Virus record (IMG/VR): IMGVR_UViG_3300028588_000020
Coordinates: 6,035-70,034 of that record
Length of the DNA: 64,000 nt
Direction: 5' to 3' (one strand)
Source: a virus
Shown here: positions 1-9,453 of the stretch, in pieces
Position numbering within the stretch: the stretch's first letter is position 1
Layout of the letters: every line of letters begins with the position of its first letter
Notes under the pieces: generated by a model
What the model was told of the DNA's origin: nothing
Databases searched by the model: none
The model's input: the letters and a program-made list of their open reading frames with translations, nothing else
Position numbers and translations under genes: made by a program

Positions 1-77
1 TTGCCGACTGGCAAAAGCGCGATCAATTCCGCCAGCGTACCAACGCGGCATAACCCACCACACCCGAGATCCACACC

Positions 78-509
78 ATGATGAACACCGCCCGCAAAAC
101 CGATTTTTCCATTCTGCTCGATGGCATCGGCACCTTCACGTTCAACCGCAAGAGCTACGGCGCGCAGATCAAGATCGATGCCGTGCGCGCCCGCATCCTG
201 GGCGCCAACTACGACATCGAGAAGGTCGACGCCACCCTGAACATGCACGCCTCGCTGGTGGGCCTGTACAGCGCCCTTGTGGTGTCCTGCCCGCCGGGCT
301 GGGAGAACATCGAGCAGGTCGATATGACCGAGGAACCGGATCTGGACAACAAGATCCTGGAGCTCTACATGGAGCTGCGCGCGCGGCTGGACTCTTTTCG
401 AGTCAAAAAAGGCCCTGGCAGCGGCAACTCGGCTGGCCAAGCAGGAAGCCCGGCAGATGCAGGGCACGATGGAATTCTGGATCCGGCGCAAGTACAACCT
501 GCTGCCTAA
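78..509 (+). CDS. Tail assembly chaperone (lambda G-like)
   Basis: Small acidic ORF two genes upstream of the tape measure gene; position is typical of tail chaperones. Confidence 0.55.
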   Translation: MMNTARKTDFSILLDGIGTFTFNRKSYGAQIKIDAVRARILGANYDIEKVDATLNMHASLVGLYSALVVSCPPGWENIEQVDMTEEPDLDNKILELYMELRARLDSFRVKKGPGSGNSAGQAGSPADAGHDGILDPAQVQPAA

Positions 510-744
510 CGATCCACGTTTCCTGGCGCTCACGCCGGCCGAGATCGAGGCCGAATATTGGGCGCACCAGTATGCCGAGAAGGGCGTGCCCGATGAGATC
601 GTGGACGAAAACTTCGACGATAACGTGGAAAACATGGATGCGCTGTTCGGCACCGAGCCGGACGAGCCGTCCACTACCGAGCCACCAGTCGAGCTGGTGG
701 TAGAAAATGAATTTGAGGACGTGATCAATGACCAACGGCATTAG
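457..744 (+). CDS. Tail chaperone extension (T-like), possibly translated by frameshift from 78..509
   Basis: Overlaps the upstream ORF in the +1 frame, which is open from 328; directly precedes the tape measure gene. Confidence 0.5.
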   Translation: MQGTMEFWIRRKYNLLPNDPRFLALTPAEIEAEYWAHQYAEKGVPDEIVDENFDDNVENMDALFGTEPDEPSTTEPPVELVVENEFEDVINDQRH

Positions 745-3700
745 GATCCCGGTCGGGGCCGATCTTTCGACCCTGAATCAGGATCTCAACAAGTTCGGCC
801 AGGATGCCAAGCGAGTACTGAACAGCCTGGGCGGCTCGGCCACCATTGACACGACCGCCGCCACGAAAAGCCTGGAAGATCTCGAAAAGACGATCGAGCA
901 GGTCAACAAGGCGCTCGCGGGCACCAGCTCGAACGAGGTAGGCAGCAAGACACTGGACAGCCTGTCCGATGGCCTGGAAGAAGCGGTCAAGAACGCCAAC
1001 GCCCTGTCCAACGCGATGGGTGGCGCCGGCAGCAAAACCGCCTCGGGCATGGCCAAGACCGTGGCCGAGACGCGCAAACTGCTGGCCGATCTGGAGAAGG
1101 CCAAGAAGCTGCAGGCCACCTTGGCCAAGCAGGGTCATACCCTGTCCACCTGGCAGGCTGGCGAGCTCGAAAAAGACTTCGCGTACATGCGCGACAACGC
1201 CACCGGCGCGGCCAAAAAGCGCCTGGGCCAGTTCGGCAGTCTTAACTCGCTGTCATCGAACTGGCGCAGCCTGGCCAGCAACGAAATGGCCGCGCGCCGG
1301 CACTACAACGACGTGCTTCGCCAACTCGGCCTGAGCGCACCTGGCGGGGCCCCGACGCCGGCATCGGAGCAGGGCGGTTTTGCCAAGTTCATGATGCAAT
1401 CCATGCGCCGCGCCGGCGCCGGGATCTTCCACGCGGCCACCCCGGGCGGCGGCGTCGGCGCGGCGATCGCGCAGGGCGCCGTGGCCGACGCGGCTGCGGG
1501 CCCCGGGATTATGTCCATGGGCGGCGGCGGCCGCCTGCTCGCCGGCGGCGCGCTGGCGCTGGGCGCCTATGGCGCCATCAAGGGTGTCTCGGCGATCGCC
1601 GGCAAGGTCAGCAGCTCCGAGGAGGAGCAAACCGCGTATTCGGACCTGCTGCGCCAGATGGGCGCCACCACCAGCACGTTCGAGGATCTGCGCAGCTCGG
1701 TGCGCTCGGCCGCGCAGGGCCTGGACCTGTCCTACGCCGATGGCGCCAAGCTGGCGCAGGCCTACGTGCGCGGCGCCGGCATCGATGGCCTGAGTGGCCA
1801 GCAGCTCACTGGCGAAATGCGCACGGCCGGCGGCTTCGGCCGTGTGCTGGGCCTGGATCCGGATGCCGGCATGGGCATCATGGGCACGCTGCGCCACAAC
1901 AAGGTGTCGAAGGACAACGCCGATAATCGCCGCTTCGCCATGATGATCGGCGAGGGCATCGCCAAGGCTGGCGTGTTCAGCAAGGCCGACGACGTGCTCT
2001 CGGCCGTGGCCAGCTACACCCAAGTGGCCACCCGCGCCTCGCTGAACCCGGCCAACACCGAGGGATACTTTGGCGCGATGTCAAACCTCATGGGCATGCG
2101 CCAGGCGGGCCTGGATCCGGCCGGCGTCGGCCAGATGCTGGGCACGGTCGACCAGTCGTTCCGCAACCCGCACGGCGAGGCGCAGCGCAATTTCCTGCTG
2201 GGCGCCCTACAGAACTCGATGCCCGGGATGAATGCGGTGGACATGGGCTTCATGCAGGATGCCGGCATGTTCGCCACCGCCGGCAAGGTGTTCGGCAAGG
2301 GCAGCGCCGCCTATGGCGCCGCCGATGAGGCCACGCGCCGGCGCTACGACGGCTACGCCTCGCAGGGCAACAACAAGACGTTCTACGATATGGCCATGGG
2401 CAACATGGCCGGCATGGGTGGCGACGATCAGCGCAAGAACATGATGGGCCTGTTCGGCCTGAACGATTCGCAGGCGGCCGCCTTGCAGAAGGCCACCAAG
2501 GCCAACGGCGGCAACCTGTCGCAGACGGTCAGCCGCCTGGGCGCCATGTATGGCGTCGATCCCACCAAGCTGGGCGATACGTCCCTGCGCCACATGCTGG
2601 AGGTGGAATACGGCGATCCGTCGAAGCTGCAACAAAAGGCCAAGTGGATGGCATCGCAGGAGCTCTCGGCCACCGAGCGCACCCAACTGGAAGGCGCGAT
2701 GAAAAACCCGGGCGAGGGCAACAGCAATCTCAAGAGCGTGCTGGTCCAGCTCGGCGCCACGCGCAACATGGAGCAGAACGAGGGCGACGATTCCCGCCGT
2801 AACACCGCCAACCTGTCGAACATGGCCAGCGATATGGCCACCAAGCTGATCCCGATAACCAACGCGATCCGCGAGGCCGTCATGGCGATCGCCAACAAGA
2901 TGACCGGCGGCGCCTTCAAGGACAAGTGGGGCAATTCTGACAAGCTCAACAGCGAGCTGCAGGGCCAGATGGAAGGGCGCACGGATCCGACGAGCCGCCG
3001 GCGCACGATCGCCCACTTCTTGCAGCGCGTGAACGAGAACGAGGGCGACTACACCCCCGAGCTGCGCACCAAGCTGCAAGCCATGTACGACGAAGCGGCA
3101 GAGGCGGCGCCGATCGACGGCAATGGCGGCAACATGCCCAGCAGCCGCGCCTCGATCAAGGACAAGGATCTGCAGGCCATGGCCAAGCAGATCGCCGAGC
3201 CCAGCAAGTACGACTCGATCTTCAAGGCCTCGGCCGCGAAATACGGGGTGGACTGGCGCGACGTCAAGCAGCTCGGGGTGCAGGAGTCGCGGCTACAGAA
3301 ATTTGCCGTCAACACCAACGAGAACGGCACCAAAGATATCGGCATCATGCAGCACAACAGCCGGTATGCCGGCGAGCGTGGCCTGACCGATGCCAATATG
3401 TTCGATCCCGAGGCGAACATCGATGCCGGCGCCAAGCTGTGGGCAGGCCTGCTCAAGGCGAACAAGGGCAACGTGGCCAGCGCGTTCAAACAGTACAACG
3501 GCAGCGGCCCGAGGGCCGAGCAATACGCCGCCAACGCCATGAAGCTGCGCGAGGCGGCGCGCGCCGCCGAGGCCGCCCCCGGGGCGTTCAGGGCCGCGCC
3601 GGCCAACCCCAAGTATGACCCGAGCAAGCCCTACGGCGTCGGCGATGCCTGGGACGAGATCTCGAACAAGGTGATGGGCACCAAGCTCCCGGCCGGCGCG

Positions 3701-3844
3701 CCCACCAGCCAGAAACCGGACCAGGCGTCATTGCGCCTGCAGGGCGATTTCCGCCTGTTCGATCAACAAGGGCAGCGCGAGCTTGCGTCGCCGATCGAGG
3801 TGGCCGGCATCACCGCGCCACGTGCTGCGGGGATGCGCGCATGA
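728..3844 (+). CDS. Tape measure protein with C-terminal lytic transglycosylase (SLT) domain
   Basis: 1038 aa, Ala/Gly-rich and helical; SLT motifs YGVDWRDVKQLGVQES, DIGIMQ and DPEANIDAGAK at about 3240-3440. Confidence 0.85.
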   Translation: MTNGIRIPVGADLSTLNQDLNKFGQDAKRVLNSLGGSATIDTTAATKSLEDLEKTIEQVNKALAGTSSNEVGSKTLDSLSDGLEEAVKNANALSNAMGGAGSKTASGMAKTVAETRKLLADLEKAKKLQATLAKQGHTLSTWQAGELEKDFAYMRDNATGAAKKRLGQFGSLNSLSSNWRSLASNEMAARRHYNDVLRQLGLSAPGGAPTPASEQGGFAKFMMQSMRRAGAGIFHAATPGGGVGAAIAQGAVADAAAGPGIMSMGGGGRLLAGGALALGAYGAIKGVSAIAGKVSSSEEEQTAYSDLLRQMGATTSTFEDLRSSVRSAAQGLDLSYADGAKLAQAYVRGAGIDGLSGQQLTGEMRTAGGFGRVLGLDPDAGMGIMGTLRHNKVSKDNADNRRFAMMIGEGIAKAGVFSKADDVLSAVASYTQVATRASLNPANTEGYFGAMSNLMGMRQAGLDPAGVGQMLGTVDQSFRNPHGEAQRNFLLGALQNSMPGMNAVDMGFMQDAGMFATAGKVFGKGSAAYGAADEATRRRYDGYASQGNNKTFYDMAMGNMAGMGGDDQRKNMMGLFGLNDSQAAALQKATKANGGNLSQTVSRLGAMYGVDPTKLGDTSLRHMLEVEYGDPSKLQQKAKWMASQELSATERTQLEGAMKNPGEGNSNLKSVLVQLGATRNMEQNEGDDSRRNTANLSNMASDMATKLIPITNAIREAVMAIANKMTGGAFKDKWGNSDKLNSELQGQMEGRTDPTSRRRTIAHFLQRVNENEGDYTPELRTKLQAMYDEAAEAAPIDGNGGNMPSSRASIKDKDLQAMAKQIAEPSKYDSIFKASAAKYGVDWRDVKQLGVQESRLQKFAVNTNENGTKDIGIMQHNSRYAGERGLTDANMFDPEANIDAGAKLWAGLLKANKGNVASAFKQYNGSGPRAEQYAANAMKLREAARAAEAAPGAFRAAPANPKYDPSKPYGVGDAWDEISNKVMGTKLPAGAPTSQKPDQASLRLQGDFRLFDQQGQRELASPIEVAGITAPRAAGMRA

Positions 3845-5661
3845 AGACATTCAGCCCACGCGCCGAGGTGCGCCTGCTCAAGACTGCCCGCCGCAGCGAG
3901 CTGGGCGCCGGCCTGCAAGCGGCCGCGCGCTACCAGCAGCTCGAATCGATCGACCTTACCCCGTACCTCATGGAGCAGACGCCGATCGACGTGGTCCAGT
4001 ACATCGGCGGCGGCGCCGGCACCTGGAGCATGACGCTCGCCGATCGAATGATGCCCGAGTACAAGGAAACGCTGTACGCCCTGATCGAGCCCATGGATAT
4101 GATCGAGATCCGGATGGCGCGATCGCCGCACGAGTATCAGGGCAAGTCCGGCGCCAACAGCTACAAGCTGCCGGTGACCATGCGCGGCTTCGTCAGCAAC
4201 ATCGAGCGCCACCGTTCGATGAGCGGCGGCGCGCCGGTGCGCCGCATTCAGGTGTCCGGCCACGACTTCGGCAAGATCCTCGATATCCTGCGCATCTACT
4301 ACCTGAACAACTCGGCCATTGGCGACAACATCCTGGGCGAGCTCAAGTTCTTCCACAAGTATGCCGGCCTGGATCAGGCCAAGATCATGGGCGCAGACGA
4401 GTTCGTGCGCTTGGTGCTCGACAAGCTGATCAACCCGTTCATCGATCGCCTCACGGTCAACGCCAGCGGCGACAAGGTGGGCGCGGCCGTCGTGCGCAAG
4501 CTGGCCGCCGAGGTCAGCATCGAAGGCACGGTGTCGCCCCTGGGCGTGTCCCTGTTCAGCGATGGCTCGGTGCGCCAGTTCCTCGACCAGTTCCTCGACG
4601 TCGGCGCCTTCAACGAGCTGTTCGTGGATGACCGCGAGGATGCGTCGGTGCTGGTGGTGCGCCCCAACAAGTTCCTCAACCTGAGCAACGAGGCGATCCA
4701 AGGCGCGGCCACCCCCGCCCCCACGGCCAGCCCGGGCAAGGACAACCGCGAGGCCGAGCTGGCCGCCGCGAACGAGGAGCTGGCCAAGGCCAAGGCCGAA
4801 TGGAAGGTACAGGACGATCTCCACTGGAAGCTGCTGGCCGACACGCAGGATCGGATCAGCCGGCGCGATCAAGCGCTGGCCGCCGGCGATCGCGTCGGCT
4901 ACGAGCAGTACCAGTCCGAAGCGGAAATGATCTACCGGCGCGCGCAAACGGTGGGCGCCGAGGCCAAGGCCCTGTTCGAGAAGGTCAAGGCGGCCGAGGC
5001 CAAGGTGGCGGCGCTGCAGCCTGGCGGCACCAGCGCGCCTGCGACGCTGCCTGGCGCGGCCGAGGCGGTCGTGATTCCGGACGTCGAGATCGAGTCGATG
5101 GTGGAAGGCCGATCGGATGGCGGCGTGGCCAACTACTTTTGGGTGGCCAACAGCGGCTGGCAGGTGATGGAAGACATCACCGTCAAGCAGCTCGCCGCCG
5201 CCGGCAACGCCAAGGATTACGCCCTGTTCGATTACATCAACACCAACCCTGCGCGCTACGGTTTCCGCAAGATGGAAGTCACCAGCAGCATGGGGCCGAG
5301 CAACCAGTCCTATGGCGAGGCGCTCACGGCTGATCAGTCGGTATCGGAGACGGACAAGCGCATCGCCTGGCTCACCAAGCGCCGCAAGATCCTGGCCGAG
5401 CAGAATAAGGATAACGCGGTGCTGGAATTCGGCCACATCGCCGTGCAGGGCAACGAGCGGATCCGCCGGGGCATGTATGTGGCGCTGCAATACGGCGATT
5501 ATCAGGCGCTCTACTACGTCACCAGCGTGCGCCACCGCTACGTGCCGTTCCAGTCCTTCAAGACCATTCTTTCGTTCGAGCGCGGTACCGGCTTCGTTGT
5601 GCGCGCCCAGCGCGCGGCCGGCGCCTACCTGGCCGAACTCAACATGAAAGGCGCTGTATGA
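3841..5661 (+). CDS. Baseplate hub protein (gpD/gp27-like)
   Basis: Lies between tape measure and spike; C-terminal GNERIRRGMYV...YYVTSVRHRY motif resembles hub proteins. Confidence 0.6.
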   Translation: MKTFSPRAEVRLLKTARRSELGAGLQAAARYQQLESIDLTPYLMEQTPIDVVQYIGGGAGTWSMTLADRMMPEYKETLYALIEPMDMIEIRMARSPHEYQGKSGANSYKLPVTMRGFVSNIERHRSMSGGAPVRRIQVSGHDFGKILDILRIYYLNNSAIGDNILGELKFFHKYAGLDQAKIMGADEFVRLVLDKLINPFIDRLTVNASGDKVGAAVVRKLAAEVSIEGTVSPLGVSLFSDGSVRQFLDQFLDVGAFNELFVDDREDASVLVVRPNKFLNLSNEAIQGAATPAPTASPGKDNREAELAAANEELAKAKAEWKVQDDLHWKLLADTQDRISRRDQALAAGDRVGYEQYQSEAEMIYRRAQTVGAEAKALFEKVKAAEAKVAALQPGGTSAPATLPGAAEAVVIPDVEIESMVEGRSDGGVANYFWVANSGWQVMEDITVKQLAAAGNAKDYALFDYINTNPARYGFRKMEVTSSMGPSNQSYGEALTADQSVSETDKRIAWLTKRRKILAEQNKDNAVLEFGHIAVQGNERIRRGMYVALQYGDYQALYYVTSVRHRYVPFQSFKTILSFERGTGFVVRAQRAAGAYLAELNMKGAV

Positions 5662-6461
5662 ACCTGGCCCGAGTCGTAGCGGTCCACCCTGAAAGCCACC
5701 GGGTCGACCTGCTGTTTTTGGCCACCAACCAGCGTGTGCCTGGCGTGCGTGTAATGTCCGGCGCCGCCAGTTCTTCCAGCGGCATGTTCGGCCTGGCCAC
5801 GCCCACCTCGCAGAAGGCGGCCGACCCCTACGACGATCCCACCAAGGGCGACCGGGTGCTGATCGCGTGCGTGGGCTACTTCGATGGCCAGCCGGTGGTG
5901 CATGGCTTCATCTTCCCCGAGGTGTCCGAGATCCTGTTCGCGGATCCCGATCGCGTCATGCACCGCACGCCCTCGGACTTCTATCACACCGTCGACGGCG
6001 CCGGCAACGCCGAATGGTTCCACCCCTCGGGCGCCTACGTGCGCATCGCCACGGACCCGGCGCACGAGGACTTGCGTGGCAAGGATTACAACGGCAAGTT
6101 CAACCCGAAGCGCAACGCCGGCAACAAGGTGCACATTCACATCGAGCAGGCTGGCGGCACCGCCTCGGTGAACATCGCGCCGGACGGCGCCATCGTCATC
6201 AAGAGCGCCGCCACGCTGCTGGCCGAGGTGGCCGATACCGTCACCGTCAAGGCCGGCGGCGCGACCACGGTCGAGGCCCCGAGCGTGCTGATCGATTCGC
6301 CCGAAACGCACATCACTGGCACGCTGCTGGTCGACGGCGCCGTTACAATCAAGGCCGGCATGACGTCCACCGGCGACGTGGTGGCCGATGGCATTTCGCT
6401 CACAAAACACCCGCATGGCGGCGTGAAAGCAGGCCCTGATACCTCGGGCAAGCCGCAGTAA
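5658..6461 (+). CDS. Baseplate central spike (gpV/gp5-like)
   Basis: N-terminal OB-fold-like LARVVAVHPESHRVDL; C-terminal beta-helix repeats ending in the H-x-H metal motif SLTKHPHGGV. Confidence 0.8.
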   Translation: MNLARVVAVHPESHRVDLLFLATNQRVPGVRVMSGAASSSSGMFGLATPTSQKAADPYDDPTKGDRVLIACVGYFDGQPVVHGFIFPEVSEILFADPDRVMHRTPSDFYHTVDGAGNAEWFHPSGAYVRIATDPAHEDLRGKDYNGKFNPKRNAGNKVHIHIEQAGGTASVNIAPDGAIVIKSAATLLAEVADTVTVKAGGATTVEAPSVLIDSPETHITGTLLVDGAVTIKAGMTSTGDVVADGISLTKHPHGGVKAGPDTSGKPQ

Positions 6462-6504
6462 AAAAGGGGTAGCCGGCGCGCAGTCGTGACTGCACGCTGG
6501 AAAC

Positions 6505-7728
6505 ATGCCCCGTTCTCAATCCGCCGCCGACCGGCCTATCGCGTTCGCCCTGCACGACACGGCGCGCAACAAGCCGCACGAGATCTTCCAGATGAATATT
6601 CGTCCGGAGGATCTCACGCGCAACGAACCTTCGCGCATGAGCGTGAACCAGACCTTTGGCGGCGCCTGGGTCGATAGCTGGGGCCCGGGCGTGCCCACCG
6701 TGAACCTGGCCGGCACCACCGGCTGGGGCGCTGGCGGCCTGCCTGACGGCTTCGAGCAGTTCCAGAAGCTGCACGCCACCGTATTCCAGAAATGGCACGC
6801 CCTGCGCGCCGAGGTGGCCGCCGAGGGCAAGGATCCCAACGGCATCAAGCTGATCTTCTCCGATGGCCTGGACGACTTCGTGTGGGACGTGGCGCCCATG
6901 AATTTCACCCTGCGCCGCAACAAGAGCCGCCCGCTGCTGTCGCAGTACCAGATCGCCCTCACCAAGCTGAACGACGGCGTGTGGGAAAAGCCGGTCAAGC
7001 CGATCGCCGCCGGCGCGGCCGCGCTGGCTGGCCTGTCCTCGATCGACGGCGCGATCGCCAAGATCAACGATTTCGCCGGCAAGCTCAAGGGCACGGTTGC
7101 CGGCGTGCTGGGGCCGATCAAGGCCGGCGTCGAGGGGCTGGTCAAGCTCACCACCGGCGCGCTGCAGGACGTGCGCAAGCTGGTGGCCGCCGGCACGAAT
7201 CTGGTGCGCAGCACCCTGGCGCCAGTGCTGGAGATCGCGCAGGGCCTCACCAAGGCGGCCTCGAACGTGATGAAGATCGTGGCCGATATCAAGAGTATCC
7301 CCATGCAGATCAAGAACGAGTTCATGAAAGTGGGCTCGGCCTTCAACAACGCCTATTGCCTGCTGCGCAACGCATTCAAGCTGCAAGGCTACCTGCCGCA
7401 GTATGCCGGCCTGTATGGCTCCTCGAACTGCGCCTCGACGGTCGTGGGCATGGTGTCGCCTTACGTGAACCAGAACGTGTTCCCTTCGCTATTCCCGGCC
7501 ACATCGGCCCCGGTGTCGGTCAGCGCCTCGGCCGAGAAGGCGATCGGCGCCGTGGCCAACCTGGACCCGCTCAAGCCGCCACCGCTGGCCGAGCTGGGCG
7601 GGCAGCTCAACACCATCAATACCGGCGTCACGCTCACCCCGGGCGCGGCCGACAAGGCGATCGCCTCGGCCAAGGCCACCCTGGCCAGCAACACCGGATC
7701 CTCGAAAGGCGTCAGTGGATATCTTTGA
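6505..7728 (+). CDS. Baseplate/tail-tube initiator-like structural protein
   Basis: N-terminus (NIRPEDL...QTFGGAWVDSWGPGVPTVNLAGTTGW) resembles tube-fold baseplate proteins; consistent synteny. Confidence 0.5.
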   Translation: MPRSQSAADRPIAFALHDTARNKPHEIFQMNIRPEDLTRNEPSRMSVNQTFGGAWVDSWGPGVPTVNLAGTTGWGAGGLPDGFEQFQKLHATVFQKWHALRAEVAAEGKDPNGIKLIFSDGLDDFVWDVAPMNFTLRRNKSRPLLSQYQIALTKLNDGVWEKPVKPIAAGAAALAGLSSIDGAIAKINDFAGKLKGTVAGVLGPIKAGVEGLVKLTTGALQDVRKLVAAGTNLVRSTLAPVLEIAQGLTKAASNVMKIVADIKSIPMQIKNEFMKVGSAFNNAYCLLRNAFKLQGYLPQYAGLYGSSNCASTVVGMVSPYVNQNVFPSLFPATSAPVSVSASAEKAIGAVANLDPLKPPPLAELGGQLNTINTGVTLTPGAADKAIASAKATLASNTGSSKGVSGYL

Positions 7729-8329
7729 ACGCGAAGCGCCCAACGTCCGGCTGGCCGAAACCAGGCGTGGCGACACGCTGCGCCGCATCGCGCTGCGCGA
7801 GCTGGGCACGGCCGAGCAATGGATCGAGCTGGCGCTGGTCAACGCCCTGCGCCCGCCCTACATCGTGGACGAGGAGCTCGATCGGGCCGATGGCGTGCTC
7901 GTCGCCGGCGACGCCATCAAGATCCCGGCGGCCAGCTCCTCGGTGTCGGCCGATGCGAATCCGGACGAAGTGTTCGGCCGCGACGTGCTGCTGCTGCGCG
8001 GCCAGCTCCAGATCGATGCCGGCGACCTGGCGGTGCACGGCGGCCTGGATAACTTCCTGCAGGCGCTGCGCAACCGCCTCACGGTCAAGAAGCGCGAGCT
8101 GGGCTACCACCCGACCTACGGCAACTTCGCTGACTGGCTGCGCGGGCGCGGCAACGGCCCCGCCATCACCAACCTTGCCGCTTTCTACATGAAGTCGGCC
8201 TTGCTCGAAGAACCCCGCGTGGCCGAGGTATCGCGCTGCATCGTCACGGTCGACGGTGACGTGCTGCGGATCGATGCCGACGTGGTTCCCGTCGCAGGCC
8301 GCGTGATCAACTTTACAACGGGGCTCTAA
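7715..8329 (+). CDS. LysM-like + gp25/gpW-like baseplate wedge protein
   Basis: RRGDTLRRIALRELG...W (LysM-like) followed by ALLEEPRVAEV (gp25-like). Confidence 0.7.
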   Translation: MDIFEREAPNVRLAETRRGDTLRRIALRELGTAEQWIELALVNALRPPYIVDEELDRADGVLVAGDAIKIPAASSSVSADANPDEVFGRDVLLLRGQLQIDAGDLAVHGGLDNFLQALRNRLTVKKRELGYHPTYGNFADWLRGRGNGPAITNLAAFYMKSALLEEPRVAEVSRCIVTVDGDVLRIDADVVPVAGRVINFTTGL

Positions 8330-9453
8330 TGTCCGATTTCCAGCTACGCAATTTCGCCTCGATCGCTGCGGCGATGATGAACCACGCCAAGGCCACGCAG
8401 GACAAGGTAACCGATTTCGAGATCGGTTCCGTCGCCCGCACCCTGATCGAGGCGCCCGCCATCGAGGTGGAGGAGCTCTACCAGAAAGTGTTCGCCGGCA
8501 TTCTGGACGCCATCCCGACGAGCATCTACAAAGCCTTCGATTTCGAGCTGGTGGGCAAGGCGGCCGCGCGCGGCACCGTGCAGGTGCAGTTCGCCGGCCC
8601 GATCGCCGAGCCGTTCATCATCCCGGCCGGCACCGTGTTCATCACCACCGCTGGCGCCCTCAAGTACACCTCGGCGCAGGCCGTTGGCGTGGCGCTGGGC
8701 GCCACCAGCGTGGGCGTGATCGTGTCGTGCACGGTCGAGGGGAAGGCCGGCAACATCGGCGCCAACGCGATCGTGGCCACCGAGGGCTACACGCTGCCGA
8801 TCGGCGCCACCCTGGCCAACCTGCCATTCACCAGCGGCACCGATGGCCAGACCGAAGCCGAGCGCAAGGCGCGCTTCGCCGAGTTCATCGTGTCGCTCTC
8901 GCGCGGTACGGACAGCGCCGTGCGCTACGCCGTGCGCCAGGCGCGCATCACCAGCGAAAGCGGCGTCCTGATCGAGTACGTCACCCGCATCGGCATCGTG
9001 GAAGTGCCCGGCCTGGCCACGGTCTATGTCTATGGCTCGTCGGGCGCGCCATCGGCCGAGCTGCTGGCCACCGCGCAGCGCATCGTGGACGGCTATGTCG
9101 ATCCCATCACCGGCGCCACCACGCCCGGCTATGTGGCGCTGGGCGTCGAGGTGCGCGTCGAGCGCATGGTCGAGCGGGTCATCCCGGTGGGCCTGCAGGT
9201 CGAGCTGCTGCCCGGGTTCGCCGGCAGCACCAGCACCCGCAACGCGATCACCGAGCTGCTCGATAGCCTGTTCGAGTCGATCGAATCGGGCTCGATCCTG
9301 TACGTCGACCAGATCGTGAACGCCGCCCTGACCGTCACCGGCGTGCGCAGGGCCGCCGCCAGCAACAACACGAATATCCAGTGCGGCCCGAACGAGGTGC
9401 TGGTGCTGGGCGCCCTGACCGTGAAATTCGAGGGCGAAGACGATGATGCGTGA
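8329..9453 (+). CDS. Baseplate J-like wedge protein
   Basis: IPAGTVF, GKAGNIGANAI and FTSGTDGQTEAERKARF motifs. Confidence 0.9.
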   Translation: MSDFQLRNFASIAAAMMNHAKATQDKVTDFEIGSVARTLIEAPAIEVEELYQKVFAGILDAIPTSIYKAFDFELVGKAAARGTVQVQFAGPIAEPFIIPAGTVFITTAGALKYTSAQAVGVALGATSVGVIVSCTVEGKAGNIGANAIVATEGYTLPIGATLANLPFTSGTDGQTEAERKARFAEFIVSLSRGTDSAVRYAVRQARITSESGVLIEYVTRIGIVEVPGLATVYVYGSSGAPSAELLATAQRIVDGYVDPITGATTPGYVALGVEVRVERMVERVIPVGLQVELLPGFAGSTSTRNAITELLDSLFESIESGSILYVDQIVNAALTVTGVRRAAASNNTNIQCGPNEVLVLGALTVKFEGEDDDA

